NCBI RefSeq assembly: GCF_000143415.4
Contig: NW_003314280.1
Location: 1,488,894-1,552,893, forward strand
From: Selaginella moellendorffii
Taxonomy: Eukaryota > Plantae > Lycopodiophyta
DNA: 64,000 nt
Reading direction: 5' to 3'
This document shows positions 24,509 to 37,500 of this stretch, one piece after another; the first letter of the stretch is position 1, and every line of letters starts with the position of its first letter. Under the pieces are notes generated by a model, which saw nothing but the letters and a program-made list of their open reading frames with translations, was not told the DNA's origin and searched no databases. A program made the translations under genes and the position numbers.

Positions 24509-27500
24509 TGTAGGAATAATGATGAACACGACAAGCAGTCCGAATCGTGATCAGATCTCTGGTGATTTCCGATTTGATTGAAGTTGTATATATATATACA
24601 GCCATATATGAATCAGTGTGTGTTGAAGTGAAATCTGTTGTTCTTGCTCCGCTTTTCTTTCTTGGTATCGGAGCGCTGGTTTCTGAACTCTTTCTTCTCC
24701 TTTCTTTGTGCCTCACATCATGAGCTGCAGCAAAGTTGGATTGATCTTGCTTCAGGGAGTCACTGCCTTTGATGGGAGGAGAGGGTTCAACACTTGGTCC
24801 GAGAAAATGATGCGCGTGCTGCAGATGGAAGAACTCTGGGAAATCGTTTCACCACCAACAAGATGCTCGTACGCGGCGAGCCCCTGCTACGTTGGGAGCT
24901 TCAACTTCAGTGGAAGGAGAAGTCGTGGATGAAGAGGCAATTCGTGCCTCTGTTGCAGCAGCTCGACAACAGCTTGATCCAGGGGAACAAGCTGTGCTGG
25001 AGAAGAAGGAATCTCGAGCAAAAGGATTGATTCTTTCTAAGCTTGCAGATGCCCTTATGATGCGTTTGCGTCATAAGTGTGCTTGTGAGATCTGGGCTCA
25101 TCTCCACAACAAGTATGCTGTTCTTTCCCTCTCCAAGATTAGCATGGTCGAGACTTGCATTCGTGAGACCCGTTTTCATCCAGGCGAGAACTTTGAAGAG
25201 TTCCTCGCCAAGATGCAAGATCTGTGGATGGAGCTTGAAGGCAGTCCAGCAGCGTTCAACGAAAGCAAGAAAGTTCTGGCACTTTGCGAGGCCATGCAAG
25301 ATTCTTCTTTTAGTTCTTTCGTCCCTACCGTTCGCATGATGTCGCTCAACTTTGAACAAGCTGAGCAAACTTTACGCTCGGAGCTGGCTGCGAGAGGTTT
25401 GATTGTGGACTTTGATCAAAGGCCTTCCCATGTTTTGATCTCACAGTCTACAGCAAATGCTTCTGCATCAAGCAATCAGTCAGGGACTGATTCAGCTCTG
25501 TGGGCTGGAAATCATCGAAACAGAGGAGGCCGTGGAAGAGGAGGACGAGGCAGAGGTCGCGGGTTTAGGGGAAATCCGCAGCAGCAGCAGAATTCAGGGA
25601 ATTCTGGTAAAGAAGCAGCAGTTCGGGATTGTTTTGTGGCCAAGAACAAACAGGAATGCTGGACCTGTGGGATGCCAAGGCACTACTCCAAGGATTGCCC
25701 AGTTGCAGCTTGGCTGCAGCACATGAACATAGGGCTCGCAGCAAATGCTCAGGAAGGGGAAACACAGGAACTTGCGGCATCATCTGAGGTAGCAGTTCCA
25801 AACGTTTCTGAAAAACTGACCATCGATTCAGGTTCAGAGAGACACCTGATGCAAAGCGGGTCGAACTTTGTGCAGTTGCGTGCTGCAAAAGGGAAGTGCA
25901 TTCGTGTGGGAGATGGAAGCATTTTACCTGTTCGCGCAACTGGGGATGTGCGAGTTCCACTGGGAAGAAAGTCTCTGCTCTTGAAGAATGCGTGGTATGT
26001 TCCAAAGATAGTGAAGAATCTGGTTTCTGTAGCCAAGCTTACGGATGAAGGTCTGGATGTGAATTTCTCCAAACATCAATGTCAAGTTCTTGCAAATGGC
26101 CGTCCATTACTGCATTTTCCCAGATGTGGTAACCTGTTTGAGAAGGAGATAGCTTCTGGAGAAAAATCGAATGCTCCTGAGATATGCATGACTGCAGATA
26201 GCTCTCTCTGGCATTCTCGACTTGCACATGCCAATCCTCCTCTCATCAGGCGTATGCAGAAGCAGGAGCTTGTGGATGGCTTCAACGACCACGTTCTTCA
26301 AAGTTCAGCAAAATGTCACACTTGCATTCTTGGCAAGCAAACCCGTTGTACTTTCAAACCTGCTGTGACCAGAAGCACTCGTCCCTTGCAGCTCATTCAC
26401 TCAGATGTTTGTGGACCCATGCGACTGTTTGCTCAAAATGGCACGAAGTATTTTGTGACATTTACAGATGATTTCTCCAGGCACACGGACGTCTTCTTTC
26501 TTCGTCACAAAGATGAAGTCTTTAGCAAATTCAAGCAATTCATAGTAGAAGCCGAAGTGAAAACTGGTCAGAGGGTTGGTTGTTTACGTACTGATTCAGG
26601 AGGGGAATACGTCAACAAGTCCTTTCAGCAGTTCTGTGCTGAACGAGGAATTCTTCATCAGCGTTCTTGCTCTCATACCCCTCAACAGAATGGAGTCTCT
26701 AAGCGCAAGAATAGGACAATCATGAACGCAGTTTGGTGCTTCCTTCAAGAATCAGGACTACCAAAATTCCTTTGGGCTGAAGCAGTTGGATCAGCTGTGC
26801 ATGTTCAAAACCTTCTCCCTCATTCTCACAATCCCAACAAGATCCCAGAAGAGCTTTGGACTGGTCAAAGACAATCGGTGGTGCATCTCAGGCGTTTTGG
26901 TTGTTTAAGCTTTGCAAAAAGGGTGGATGAGCATCTTGGCAAGTTGGAGAGCAGAAGCAAGCTGGCCTTTCTTGTTGGATACGATTCCAATTCAAAAGGA
27001 TATCACCTGTACCAGCCTGGTAATCATCAAATTTTTGTAAGCACTGATGTTCGTTTTGATGAAGGAACACTCTACAAAGATCATGTTCAAGAGGAAGGAA
27101 GCTCAGATCAGAACATGAACTGGACTCCAGAAGAATGGAGTTGGGATGGTGTTGAAGACGGTGATGAAGATGACGATGATCTGACAATCATCTATCCCTC
27201 ATCTCCTTTAGCAGATGATCATCCAACACCAGTCTCTGAATCTTTTCTTCCTGAAGAACAGGGCGATGCTACTCATCGTGCACGAACTGGAGAAGTCGAC
27301 AGGCTCACACGTGATCTACCATTCAATGTGGAGAACTATGGGCGGACATCATCTGGACGATCAAGCAAAGCACCTCATCCCAAGCAATGGTCTTTTGCAG
27401 CAACAGAAATAGCTTCTGAACCAGTCAACTTTGAGCAAGCGATTCAAGCTCCTGATGCAGATAAGTGGATTTCAGCAATGCAAGATGAGTTGAATTCTCT

Positions 27501-29143
27501 TGATGAGAACCAGACTTATGACTTGGTGGAAGCTCCTAAAGGACGTGAAGTTGTTGGATCACGCTGGGTGTTCAAGCTTCACAGAAATCCTGATGGATCG
27601 GTACAGCGTTACAAAGCAAGACTTGTTGCTCAAGGATATTCACAAGTTCCTGGAGTGGATTTTGATGAGACGTTCTCACCAATTGTGAAGCAGACAAGTA
27701 TCAGAATGCTTCTGGCTTTTACAGCGGAGTTTGGTTTGTGCGCACATCACATGGACGTAAAAACAGCCTTCCTTAATGGGAACTTGAAGGAGGAGATATT
27801 TATGCGGCAACCCCCAGGCTTTGAGCTTTTTGGATCCGGTTGTTCCGAACTCGTCTGCAAGCTTCGCAAGGCTCTTTATGGCCTTAAGCAGGCTTCCCGT
27901 CAGTGGTATGAATGTTTGGATTCTTTTCTTATGGATCTCGGTATGCAGAGGTTGAACAGCGATGGAAATTTATATCTTCTTCAGCAGGGTGATCACTTTG
28001 TTGTGATAGCAGTTTATGTGGACGACTGTTTGATTGTCAGCAACAATCACACTGTTTTGAAGGATGTGAAGATCAAGCTTATGAACAGGTTTGTGATGAA
28101 GGACTTAGGAGCTGTGCGGCAGCTGTTAGGGATGGAAGTTGACAGGGATGAAGCAGACAGGACAATCACCCTCACACAGTGCCAATATGTGAAGAAGCTT
28201 CTCAACCAGTTCAACATGACAAGTTGCAAATCCGTGGCTGCACCAATCGTCACTGGCATCAAGTTCACAAGCAAGATGGATGATTTATTTGATCAGCCCT
28301 CGGTCTACCGATCACTTGTTGGAGGACTACTCTACCTCGCCAACATGACTCGCCCCGACATCTCCTTTGCCGTTGGTCTCCTCAGCCGATACATGCAGTC
28401 TCTGAGTTGTTATCATTGGCAGATGGCGAAGAGAGTTTTGAGGTATTTGAAAGGAACGGCTGCTCATGGATTGGTTTACAAATGCTCAAGTCAATCCAAA
28501 CTTGTTCTTCAAGCTTACTGCGATGCAGATTGAGCTGGCAACTTGGATACACGACATTCAACCTCCGGAATTTGCTGCATAATTGCCGGTGCTCCGGTTT
28601 CATGGGGAAGCAAGAAGCAAACGACAGTTGCTCTTTCCAGTGCAGAAGCAGAATACATAGCTGCCAGTACAGCAGCAAGGGAGATCATCTGGCTTCGTCG
28701 ATTACTTGGAGAACTCAATCAACAGCAATCAGATGTGACCATTCTACATTGCGACAGCAGAAGTGCAATCGCCATGTCAAAGAATCCTGTGTTTCATGCT
28801 CGTACGAAACATATAGACGTGCAGCATCACTTCATTCGCGAACATGTAGCAGCCGGAGATCTTCACCTGGAATACGTTCCTTCACAGTATCAGTTGGCGG
28901 ACCTTCTAACCAAGCCACTTTCGGAGCTCACATTCATTAAGCTGAGGAATCAACTTGGAGTGTCAAGCACACCCTCAGCTTGAAGGGGGAGTGTAGGAAT
29001 AATGATGAACACGACAAGCAGTCCAAATCGTGATCAGATCTCTGGTGATTTCCGATTTGATTGAAGTTGTATATATATATACAGCCATATATGAATCAGT
29101 GTGTGTTGAAGTGAAATCCGTTGTTCTTGCTCCGCTTTTCTTT
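24509..29143 (+). mobile_element. Ty1/Copia LTR retrotransposon, near full length
   Basis: 152-bp LTRs (24509-24660, 28992-29143) with 2 mismatches; PBS TGGTATCGGAGC (iMet-like) at 24663; PPT GAAGGGGGAG at 28982-28991; gag-PR-IN-RT-RH order; absent from paralogous sites near 12384 and 35048. Confidence 0.97.
24720..28983 (+). pseudogene. Copia gag-pol polyprotein with one frameshift (about 24860-24890) and one nonsense codon (28531)
   Basis: Zn knuckle CWTCGMPRHYSKDC, protease IDSGS, integrase HSDVCGP/RTDSGGEY, RT YKARLVAQG/YVDD, RNase H YCDAD*AG...TKHIDV. Confidence 0.93.
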
Positions 29144-32037
29144 GCTGCTTGCGATGGAAATGCGAGCAGTTTGTGAGATTGGATGGATTGGAACAAGGGA
29201 TTTGCTCGATCGAGTTTGAAATATCACTCGAATGACAATCAATGTTTAATTTCCCAAGGTATAATGGGAATTTGAATTCTTAGCGTTGGAAGTTTTAGGA
29301 GCGTTGGATTTGGAGCATCGCTCCACTTTGTGGAGGCATCGGCAATGCCGCAAGAGAATTTGCAAAGCTATAAGAGGTACGTTAGCTTGCTGTCGTTTTC
29401 TTCCCTCAAGATCAGACCCCGAGCAGGGATTAGAAGAACGAGATGGGAAGAGGGGATTAGAGGAACAAGAAGAACTGGGACTGGGCCGGTAGAACACGTT
29501 GAAGGCCTGTTGCAACAAGAAGAAGAACAGGTTGAAGGCCTCGAGGGCGATCAAGGGCTGGAAGCAAAAGGACTGGAATCTGATGGAGCAGAGAAGAAGA
29601 ACAGTTTCAAGACCTCAAGGGCAATCAAGGGCTGGAAGCTGATGGAGCAGAGGTTCATGGCACAGGAGGGTGTGTTGACATTGTCAAAAGATACGAGTCG
29701 AGTGTCAATAGATGAAGCAATACACTGGAAGCTAGCAATTGTTGATCTGCTCAGGTCTCCAGGAATCACGCAACAATCAGGAATAGTTGTATATAGAGCG
29801 TGAAAGACTCATGAATATATACTCGTTTTTTTATCTTTATGGTATCGGAGTGCAGGTTTGTGGCTCGTTATTTTCCTTTCTTTGTTCCTGTTTCTTGCTC
29901 TCGATTGCTGAGCTACCATTTGATGGCTCAAGGCGTTTTTGGTACTGGATTGGGGGTGTGGAATGTGGTCACTTCTCCCTAGGGTGCTCATTCTTTAGCC
30001 ATTGAGTCCACTCATAGTAGCAATATTGCTACTACAATTAATCAGGAGTAGAACTGTCTAGCCATGATCAATTGAAGCTGGCAGAACATCTAGCATATGT
30101 AACGAGAGTCTAGTCTGCTGCAGAATTCTGGGAGTGCCTCCTTGTGTGCTGAGGGTTGTCAACTCTTCTGCTGCCACTAAGGATCATGGAGGTGTACAAA
30201 ATAGACTGGACATTATTTCATCTGCCCATCCATTTCATGAGCATGAGAAGCTCTATCCTATTCCATTTCTGTCTTGTGTCCCTTTGCTACCCAAAAATGG
30301 TCCCTCTTTGCAGTATAGACATGGTCAATCCTCTCCAGGTTTGCTTTTGCATTCCTCCATATAGACAAACGATCTGAGCATAACATCAGGCAGATGATAT
30401 GAGTTTGCATTCTCGTTGCTGAATTGGAGCCATGATACCCACAGAACCTTCATGTCCACCTCGCAATGCCATTGACATCCTTCTCACAAAGTTGCAATGG
30501 TGCCAAACTTGCCAATTCATTCAGCTTCTGCTTGAAATCAGCTTTTGTGTCCTTGGCATTTCGATGTGGTGCCTTCCTTTTAATCCCATGAATGGCCTTC
30601 CTTTGGACAGCATTAACCTGTTGTCAAATGCCTTCATCCTTCTCTTCTTCATCATTTTCATCTTCTTCTAGCAAGATATGGAGTCCTTGACATGGTTGGT
30701 TGTCACTCACTCACATGCATACGCAGCAATGGCACACTGCTGTAATAATCCACTGTCATCCCTAATGCTTCCCATCCCACTGTCCCATGCAAAGGAGCTT
30801 CCTCCCAACCATCTGGATGCTGAGGATGATGGATGCCTGGCCCCTTGACCTGACTCACCTGACTGACTCACTTGGGCTACAAGAGATGCATTGACACACT
30901 TGATCACTTATGGCACTGTAACCTCATAGCATTGCTGCTGGTTTGAGAGGAGAGGAGCCAAAGGGACACAATCGAGGACAACAAAAATAAGTGGATTTGA
31001 ACTCAAGTTCTTTTGGGATTTGGAGGTGACATCCAAACTCAATCCATAAAGAGGTGACTTCCACTTGCAGAGTCATGGAGAATAATGCGAAAAATATTCT
31101 CAAGAATTCTCTTAAAAAGGAATTTGTATAAATATATTCCATGTCTTTGTGAGTTCTTACATTTCATCATGTACCTGCCTGTATTCCCGTGTTCTCATCA
31201 CCTGCCAATCGCTGATTACAAACATTATATAGATCAAAATCAAGAATTGAAAATTATTTCATGATAGAATTTTATTTTGAATTTTATTTTTCCCCAAGCC
31301 TACAAGCACAAATTTCTTGCCCATGTGTAGCTTTATTAATGTTTTTGCACTTTTCTTATCCCCATAATCTTAAAAGTGTGCCAATTTGCTATAAAAGCAA
31401 TTAAAACAATCAAAATGTGATTGTCACATGGGGTCTTGCCACGTCCGCATTGCCACATACTACTGCTCAGTGCATATGAAACCTGGTTGTGTCTGGTTTG
31501 CATTATCCTGTGAGTTGTCAAGAAAGCTCAGACAGTTCCCAAGAAGGCTCCCCTTCACCTCGTCAATATGCTTAGACTTGCTACTTCTGCAGAAAGTTGT
31601 TAAATCCCATCGCTTCTCCTTTTGACTAGGGGGTAAGAACAAATCCAATCGCCCTTGTCCTTTTCACTAGCACATACTGATCAAGAGCAAAAAACTAGTT
31701 GGCTTGGGATTTTGATCAAGCACGAGAAACAAGAGTGGCGATTTTGCTTCAGGAATCGATTGGTTAACTTCGCTTCATTTTCAGATTCTGGACGTTTAGG
31801 AATGATCCATGATTTAGAATTCACTGGGATTGCCCTGATCTATACAGAGCTGGCTTGTGGACTTCTTGAAAACTCTTGTGCTGAAGGGCTCTCTTTTAGG
31901 ATTTGAATCCTATAAAATGCTTAAACCAAACCCTAAATGTGGCAAATAATGAAATATATATGTGTTATTTGTAAATTAGGCACCACCCACCCCTTTGGAG
32001 GTGTACCTCCCCCTCGAATTGACAATAGTTTCTTTCT

Positions 32038-32550
32038 TCAGCTTCCAGTGCTGGATGGAAACAGAGGTCTCTGTGGAGTGGGCATGAAGGAGCGGCCGCC
32101 ACTGCTGCTGCCCTCCTCTGAATAGGCCTCGAGATCCACCCCCGCCCCGCCCAGCTTCGCCGCTCTCCTTCTCGCCAGCGACGCCTCCTGCCGCTGCGCG
32201 ACGTACTTGCGCGTCCGGCACACATAGACCGCAAGAACCACTAAGGTAATCGCGAAGAACAGTCCCACCACGATCCCAGCGATCGCCTCGTGCGAGAGCG
32301 TGATCGTTTCCTTGCTGGATTTGGATTGCTCCAGTAGCCACCGTCGTCCAATCGACCCAATCGCTGGCTGGATCATCCGCTGGATCGATCCAGGAGCTTC
32401 ATACCCGTATTGGGTGACCTCATAGGATGAATCTACACCGCTGCTACAACCGCCGCCTGGGATCCAGATCGCAAGCAGCAGGAATAGAGAAAGAAGAAGA
32501 AGCAAGCCGCTCCTCTGAGTTGGCGCTACCTCTCCGCCAAATAGCACCAT
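32038..32550 (-). CDS. Orphan type I single-pass membrane protein, copy 2 (170 aa)
   Basis: Paralog of 16024-16554 with only in-frame indels. Confidence 0.8.
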   Translation of the reverse strand: MVLFGGEVAPTQRSGLLLLLSLFLLLAIWIPGGGCSSGVDSSYEVTQYGYEAPGSIQRMIQPAIGSIGRRWLLEQSKSSKETITLSHEAIAGIVVGLFFAITLVVLAVYVCRTRKYVAQRQEASLARRRAAKLGGAGVDLEAYSEEGSSSGGRSFMPTPQRPLFPSSTGS

Positions 32551-34589
32551 TTTCGTGATCCTGCGTGTTCGTTGCCAAGATATCTATTTCTCGACCTCTC
32601 AAGTAGAATGGAAGTTTGGGCGATTTTATCATTTATATAGGAAAAAGACCCTCTTGACCTACAATACATAACGCGACTAGTTCAAAGTCTTCTTGTGAAT
32701 AGCGCGTCATACGTGGGGCCTTTGACGCTTGTGCTTCGCCTAGACCTTGAAGTTGACAGAACTTTTCTTATGTGAATTTCTTCTTCCTAAACCCTAAATA
32801 ATCAAAGTGATTTCATGGCAAGATCGCTTGTGATCTGCAAAGAAAGAAGGAATCTTTATAGATCAGTCTTCCTTGCCTCAAAAATCCACATTGCTTGCCG
32901 TGAGCTGAGATGCATTTCGACCAGCAGCTTAAAATTTTTTAAGCCTGGGCGCCATTTTCATTATAGGTTGGAGGGCAAAGCGTGGAGGTGGATGATTACA
33001 CAGAGGAGCAGGATATAATCTCCAGCATTCTCCACCGTGCCTCAAGGAACTCACTGTTGTGCTCGAGTATAGCAAGGATGGTGATGACCAGATGGAAGTT
33101 AGCAGTCACTGCTGTTGGCTCCCTCACAAAGCTCTCCCTCGAAGCTCTCCATGGGACCAAATGGGGAGCAGCGTACTCCACCGCGATTCAGGAGCTCCAC
33201 ATCACTGGGAGACCATGTTGGGGGGTGTGGGATCTTGTATGTAGAGACACATCCTCGCGCTTGGTGACACCTCCGGGCACAAATGATTTATTTGTGGGCA
33301 CAAATGACTGTAACACAAATCAATCAGTAAGATTTAACAAAGAAAAAAAACCAAAGAAGAATAGTCAAGATCCACATGAAGAAATAGTTGTATTGTCTCC
33401 AGATTAACAAAGAAAAGAGACTGTCCATGGTCATCTTGTGTTCACTGTCAATGCATTGGAGCGCAAGCCTCAAAACCATAGGCGAGACTGGGAGAGATTG
33501 GCGATGGCATCCACCTTCCAGTGTCCATATAACGCCAACTTACGAAGGTTGTCACATCGCATGTCCACAACGCAAGAGTTACACTGTTCAAAACCTCTAG
33601 GCTCGGGCACGAAGCTAGCAGCATCTGGAGCAGCGCATGGGGGACGTAAGAGTAGAGCTCACATCTTTGTACACGAATCATCTTGAAAAGAGATCTAAGG
33701 CAAGAAAGAATCATGGCTGTCCACTCTTGATAGGAAAGATCAACGCAAAACACTCAAATGAAACGCAGACCACTACAACCCTGTCTTGGATTCGATCGAA
33801 AACCCATCGAGCCTCCATTGCCGCATTTCCCATACATGTTGATCAAGCTACTGGCCACACGAGGATTGGATTGGAGCCATATCCTGTGTGGATGTGGATC
33901 CTCCTCCCTCTCTCCAAATCCCTGGCGCCGGTGCAGGATTTCATGCTGTGACACTTGCCTTGACTCTAACCATAAACTTTTCTCTCTATTTCAAAGAGGT
34001 AGGAGCGAGAGGAACTCCAGTCTCCTCTCTATGTGGCGGTAGCTCCAGTGGAACCTGTGCAGAAAACTCACAAGGACGAGCATCAACATCGTGACTCGCA
34101 AAACCACAAGAGGTACCAATTCATCTTTCGTGAAACTTAGTAGTCATGCAGTTGATTTTCAATAAGAACTTGCAAAGATCAGGCATTGCTACTTCTCACG
34201 CGTGAAAAATGCGACCAGGAAAAAAGAAGAGCAAGTCGAACAGCAGCCGGGGCTGCAGTGAATCACGATGTCTTCCACTTGATGAACTCCAAGTAAATCC
34301 TTGAGAACCATCATGGTGGGCGGTGTGGGATCTTGCACGTGAAGATGAACAGCCACATCCTTACGCTTGGTGACAACTCCAAGCTCCCTCAGTTAACAGC
34401 GAACACAAGATGACCATGGACAGTCTCTTCTCTTTGTTTGGCTTTGGAGACAATACATACTGACTGCTGTTCTCTTCAGGTTCGTTTTTTTTTATTTGTC
34501 TTGTGTTTCTTGCTGATCGATCTGTGTTGCAGTCATTTGTGCCTGGAGGTGTCACCAAGTGCAAGGATGTGACTGTTCATCTTCACGTG

Positions 34590-37500
34590 TTGGTGGCGCT
34601 AAAGCCAGGTTACAAATGCTTCTGGGTGCTGTTTGACCTGCTCTTTGGTCGCATTTCTTTTGCAGAGAAACTGCATCACTGGCTCTATTAGAAGCGATGC
34701 GTGATCTTTGTCAAGTTTTTATTGAACATCAACGTCATGACTAGCCTGGTATATTTGTAACACCTCGAGCCGCCGTTGATGCTGTAGGTGACGACGCGCT
34801 CATGTCGCCATGAAGCGCCAGGCCTGCTCGAGATCCCCCGCTTTGCACAAGCTATCGATCAGAGCTGGTTGTAAGTCGCCACGTCGGGGGATGGAGCGAT
34901 CCCAACATGGGCAATGTGATCTACGCGGATTGGGCGCGATCAAGCATCGCTTCCACGTCAGGGATTCTTCTCTTCCATCGCTCTTCCTCTCCTCCTCGCC
35001 ATTCGTCCTCCTTGCGGCGCTCTGCAGCCTGCTTGTCGAAGTCTTTCCATCACTGCTTGCGATGGAAATGCGAGCAGTGTGTGAGATTGGATGAATTGGA
35101 ACAAGGGATTTTTGAAATATCACTTGGATGACAGAATCCCCAGCGTTGGAATTTTTAGGAAGCAACGAGCGTTTGGATTTGGAGCATCGCTCCACTTTGT
35201 GGAGGCATCGGCAATGCCGCAAGAGAATTTGCAAAGCTATAAGAGGTAAGACGTTAGCTTGCTGTCGTTTGCTTCCCCCAGGATCAGACCGATTAGAAGA
35301 ACGAGATGGGAAGAGGGGATTAGAGGAACGAGAAGAACAGGGACTGGGCCTGGAGCAACGGGTAGAACACGTTGAAGGCCTGTTGCAACTAGAAGAAGAA
35401 CATGTTGAAGGCCTCGAGGGCGATCAAGGGCTGGAAGCAAAAGGACTGGAAGCTGAGAAAAGCAACGAGAAGAAGAACAGGTTCAAGACCTCGAGGGCAA
35501 TCAAGGGCTGGAAGCTGATGGAGCAGAGGTTCACGGCATAGGAGGGTGTGTTGACATTGTCAAAAGATACGAGTCGAGTGTCAATAGATGAAGCAATACA
35601 CTGGAAGTTAGCAATTGTTGATCTGCTCGGGTCTCCAGGAATCACGCAACAATCAGGAATAGCTTGTATATAGAGTGTGAAAGACTCATGAATATATACT
35701 CGTTTTTTCTCTTCATGGTATCAGAATGCAGGTTTGTGGCTCATTACTTTTCCTTTCTTTGTTCCTGTTTCGTGCTCTTGATTGCTGATGGAGCGATTGG
35801 CTGCTACCATTTGATGGCTCAAGGCGTTTTTGGTACTGGATAGGGTGCTTATTCTTCAGCCATTGAGTCCACTTGTAGTAGCAATATTGCTACTACGATT
35901 AATCAGGAGTAGACTGCTCGAGCCATCATCAAATTGAAGCTAGCAGAACATCTAGCATTTGCAACGAGAGTCTAGTCTGCTGCAGAATTCTGGGAGCCTC
36001 CTTGTGTGCTGAGGCCAAGTAGCTGGTGTTGTCAACTCTTCTCCTGCCAATAAGGATCGCGGAGGTGTACAAAATAGACTGGACATTATTTCATCTGCCT
36101 CATCCATTTCATGAGCATGAGAAGCTCTATCCTATTCCATTTCTGTTTTGCGTCCCTTTGCTTCCCAAAAATGGCCCCTCTTTGCAGTATAGACATGGTC
36201 AATCCTCTCCAGGATTGCTTTTGCATTCCTCCATAAAGACAAACAGTCTGAGCATAACATGGTACCTCTACATGGTAGGCAGATGAGTTCGCACTCTTGT
36301 TGCTGAATTGGAGCCATGATACCCACAGAACCTTCATGTCCACCTTGCAATTTACATCGTTCTCGCAATGGTGCCAAACTTGCAAATTCATTCAGCTTCT
36401 GTGTCCTTAGCATTTCGATGTGGTGCCTTCCTTTTAATCCCATTCAATGCTGTGAATGGCCTTCCTTCAGAAAGCATTAACATGTTATCAAATGCCTTCA
36501 TCCTCCTATTCTTCATCATTTTCATCTTCTTCTAGCAAGATATCTTCCATTGGAGTGCTTGACATGGTTGGTTGGCAGTCACTGCAACAATGGCACATTG
36601 TTGTAATAGTCCATTGTCATCCCTACTTTGGAATTGGAATGCTTCCCATCCCCCTGTCCCATGCAAAGGAGCTTCCTCCGAACCATCTGGATGCTGAGGA
36701 TGATGGATGCCGGGCTTGACCTAACTCACCTGACTCACTTGGGCTGCAAGAAAGGCATTGACACAGTTGATCACTTATGGCACTGTAACCTCATAAGAAC
36801 CAAAGAGAAGCAATCTAAGACAACAAGAACCCTAACTTGTAAGTGGATTTGAACTCAAGTTCTTTTGGATTTGGAAAAACAAATTGAGCCAAACTCAGTC
36901 CATGTGGAGATGACATCCACTTGCAGAGCCATGGAGAATATGAAATACTATAAAAATATTAAAATAATGCATGCTAAAAATATTCTCAAGGATTCACTTA
37001 AAAAGGAATTTATATAAGTATATTCCATGTTTTTGTGAGTTCTTACATTTCTGTATACCCGTGTTCTCAGGGCATTTCATCACCTGCCAATCACTGATTA
37101 TAAACATTATACAAATCAAAATCAAGAATTGAAAATTATTTCATGATAGAATTTTATTTTGAATTTTATTTTCCCCCAAGCCTACAAGCACAAATCACTT
37201 GCATTGTTATTTTATTTATTTTTTATATTTATTTTTTTGCACATTTTTTATCCCCATAATCTTAAAAGTGTGCCAATTACATTTTGATTGATTACGTCCG
37301 CATTACCACATGCAGACACGTGCATGTAGTACTCATGTTGATTTTCTACTACTCAGTGCATATAGGTTTGCAGCAAGGGATTGGGGGGTTGAGCATGAGC
37401 CTTTCAATTATAAAGTTCACACCAATGCAAGACTCGGCACTAAACTACCAAGGTCCTCTCCAATTCCATGGTAGTCTTCTCCAAATCGCTAGCACTTGGC

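Noticed and set aside
28531-28533. Possible programmed readthrough between Copia RT and RNase H
   Set aside because: The TGA replaces the conserved Trp (TGG) of DADWAG. Other likely G>A/C>T changes and a gag frameshift indicate decay.
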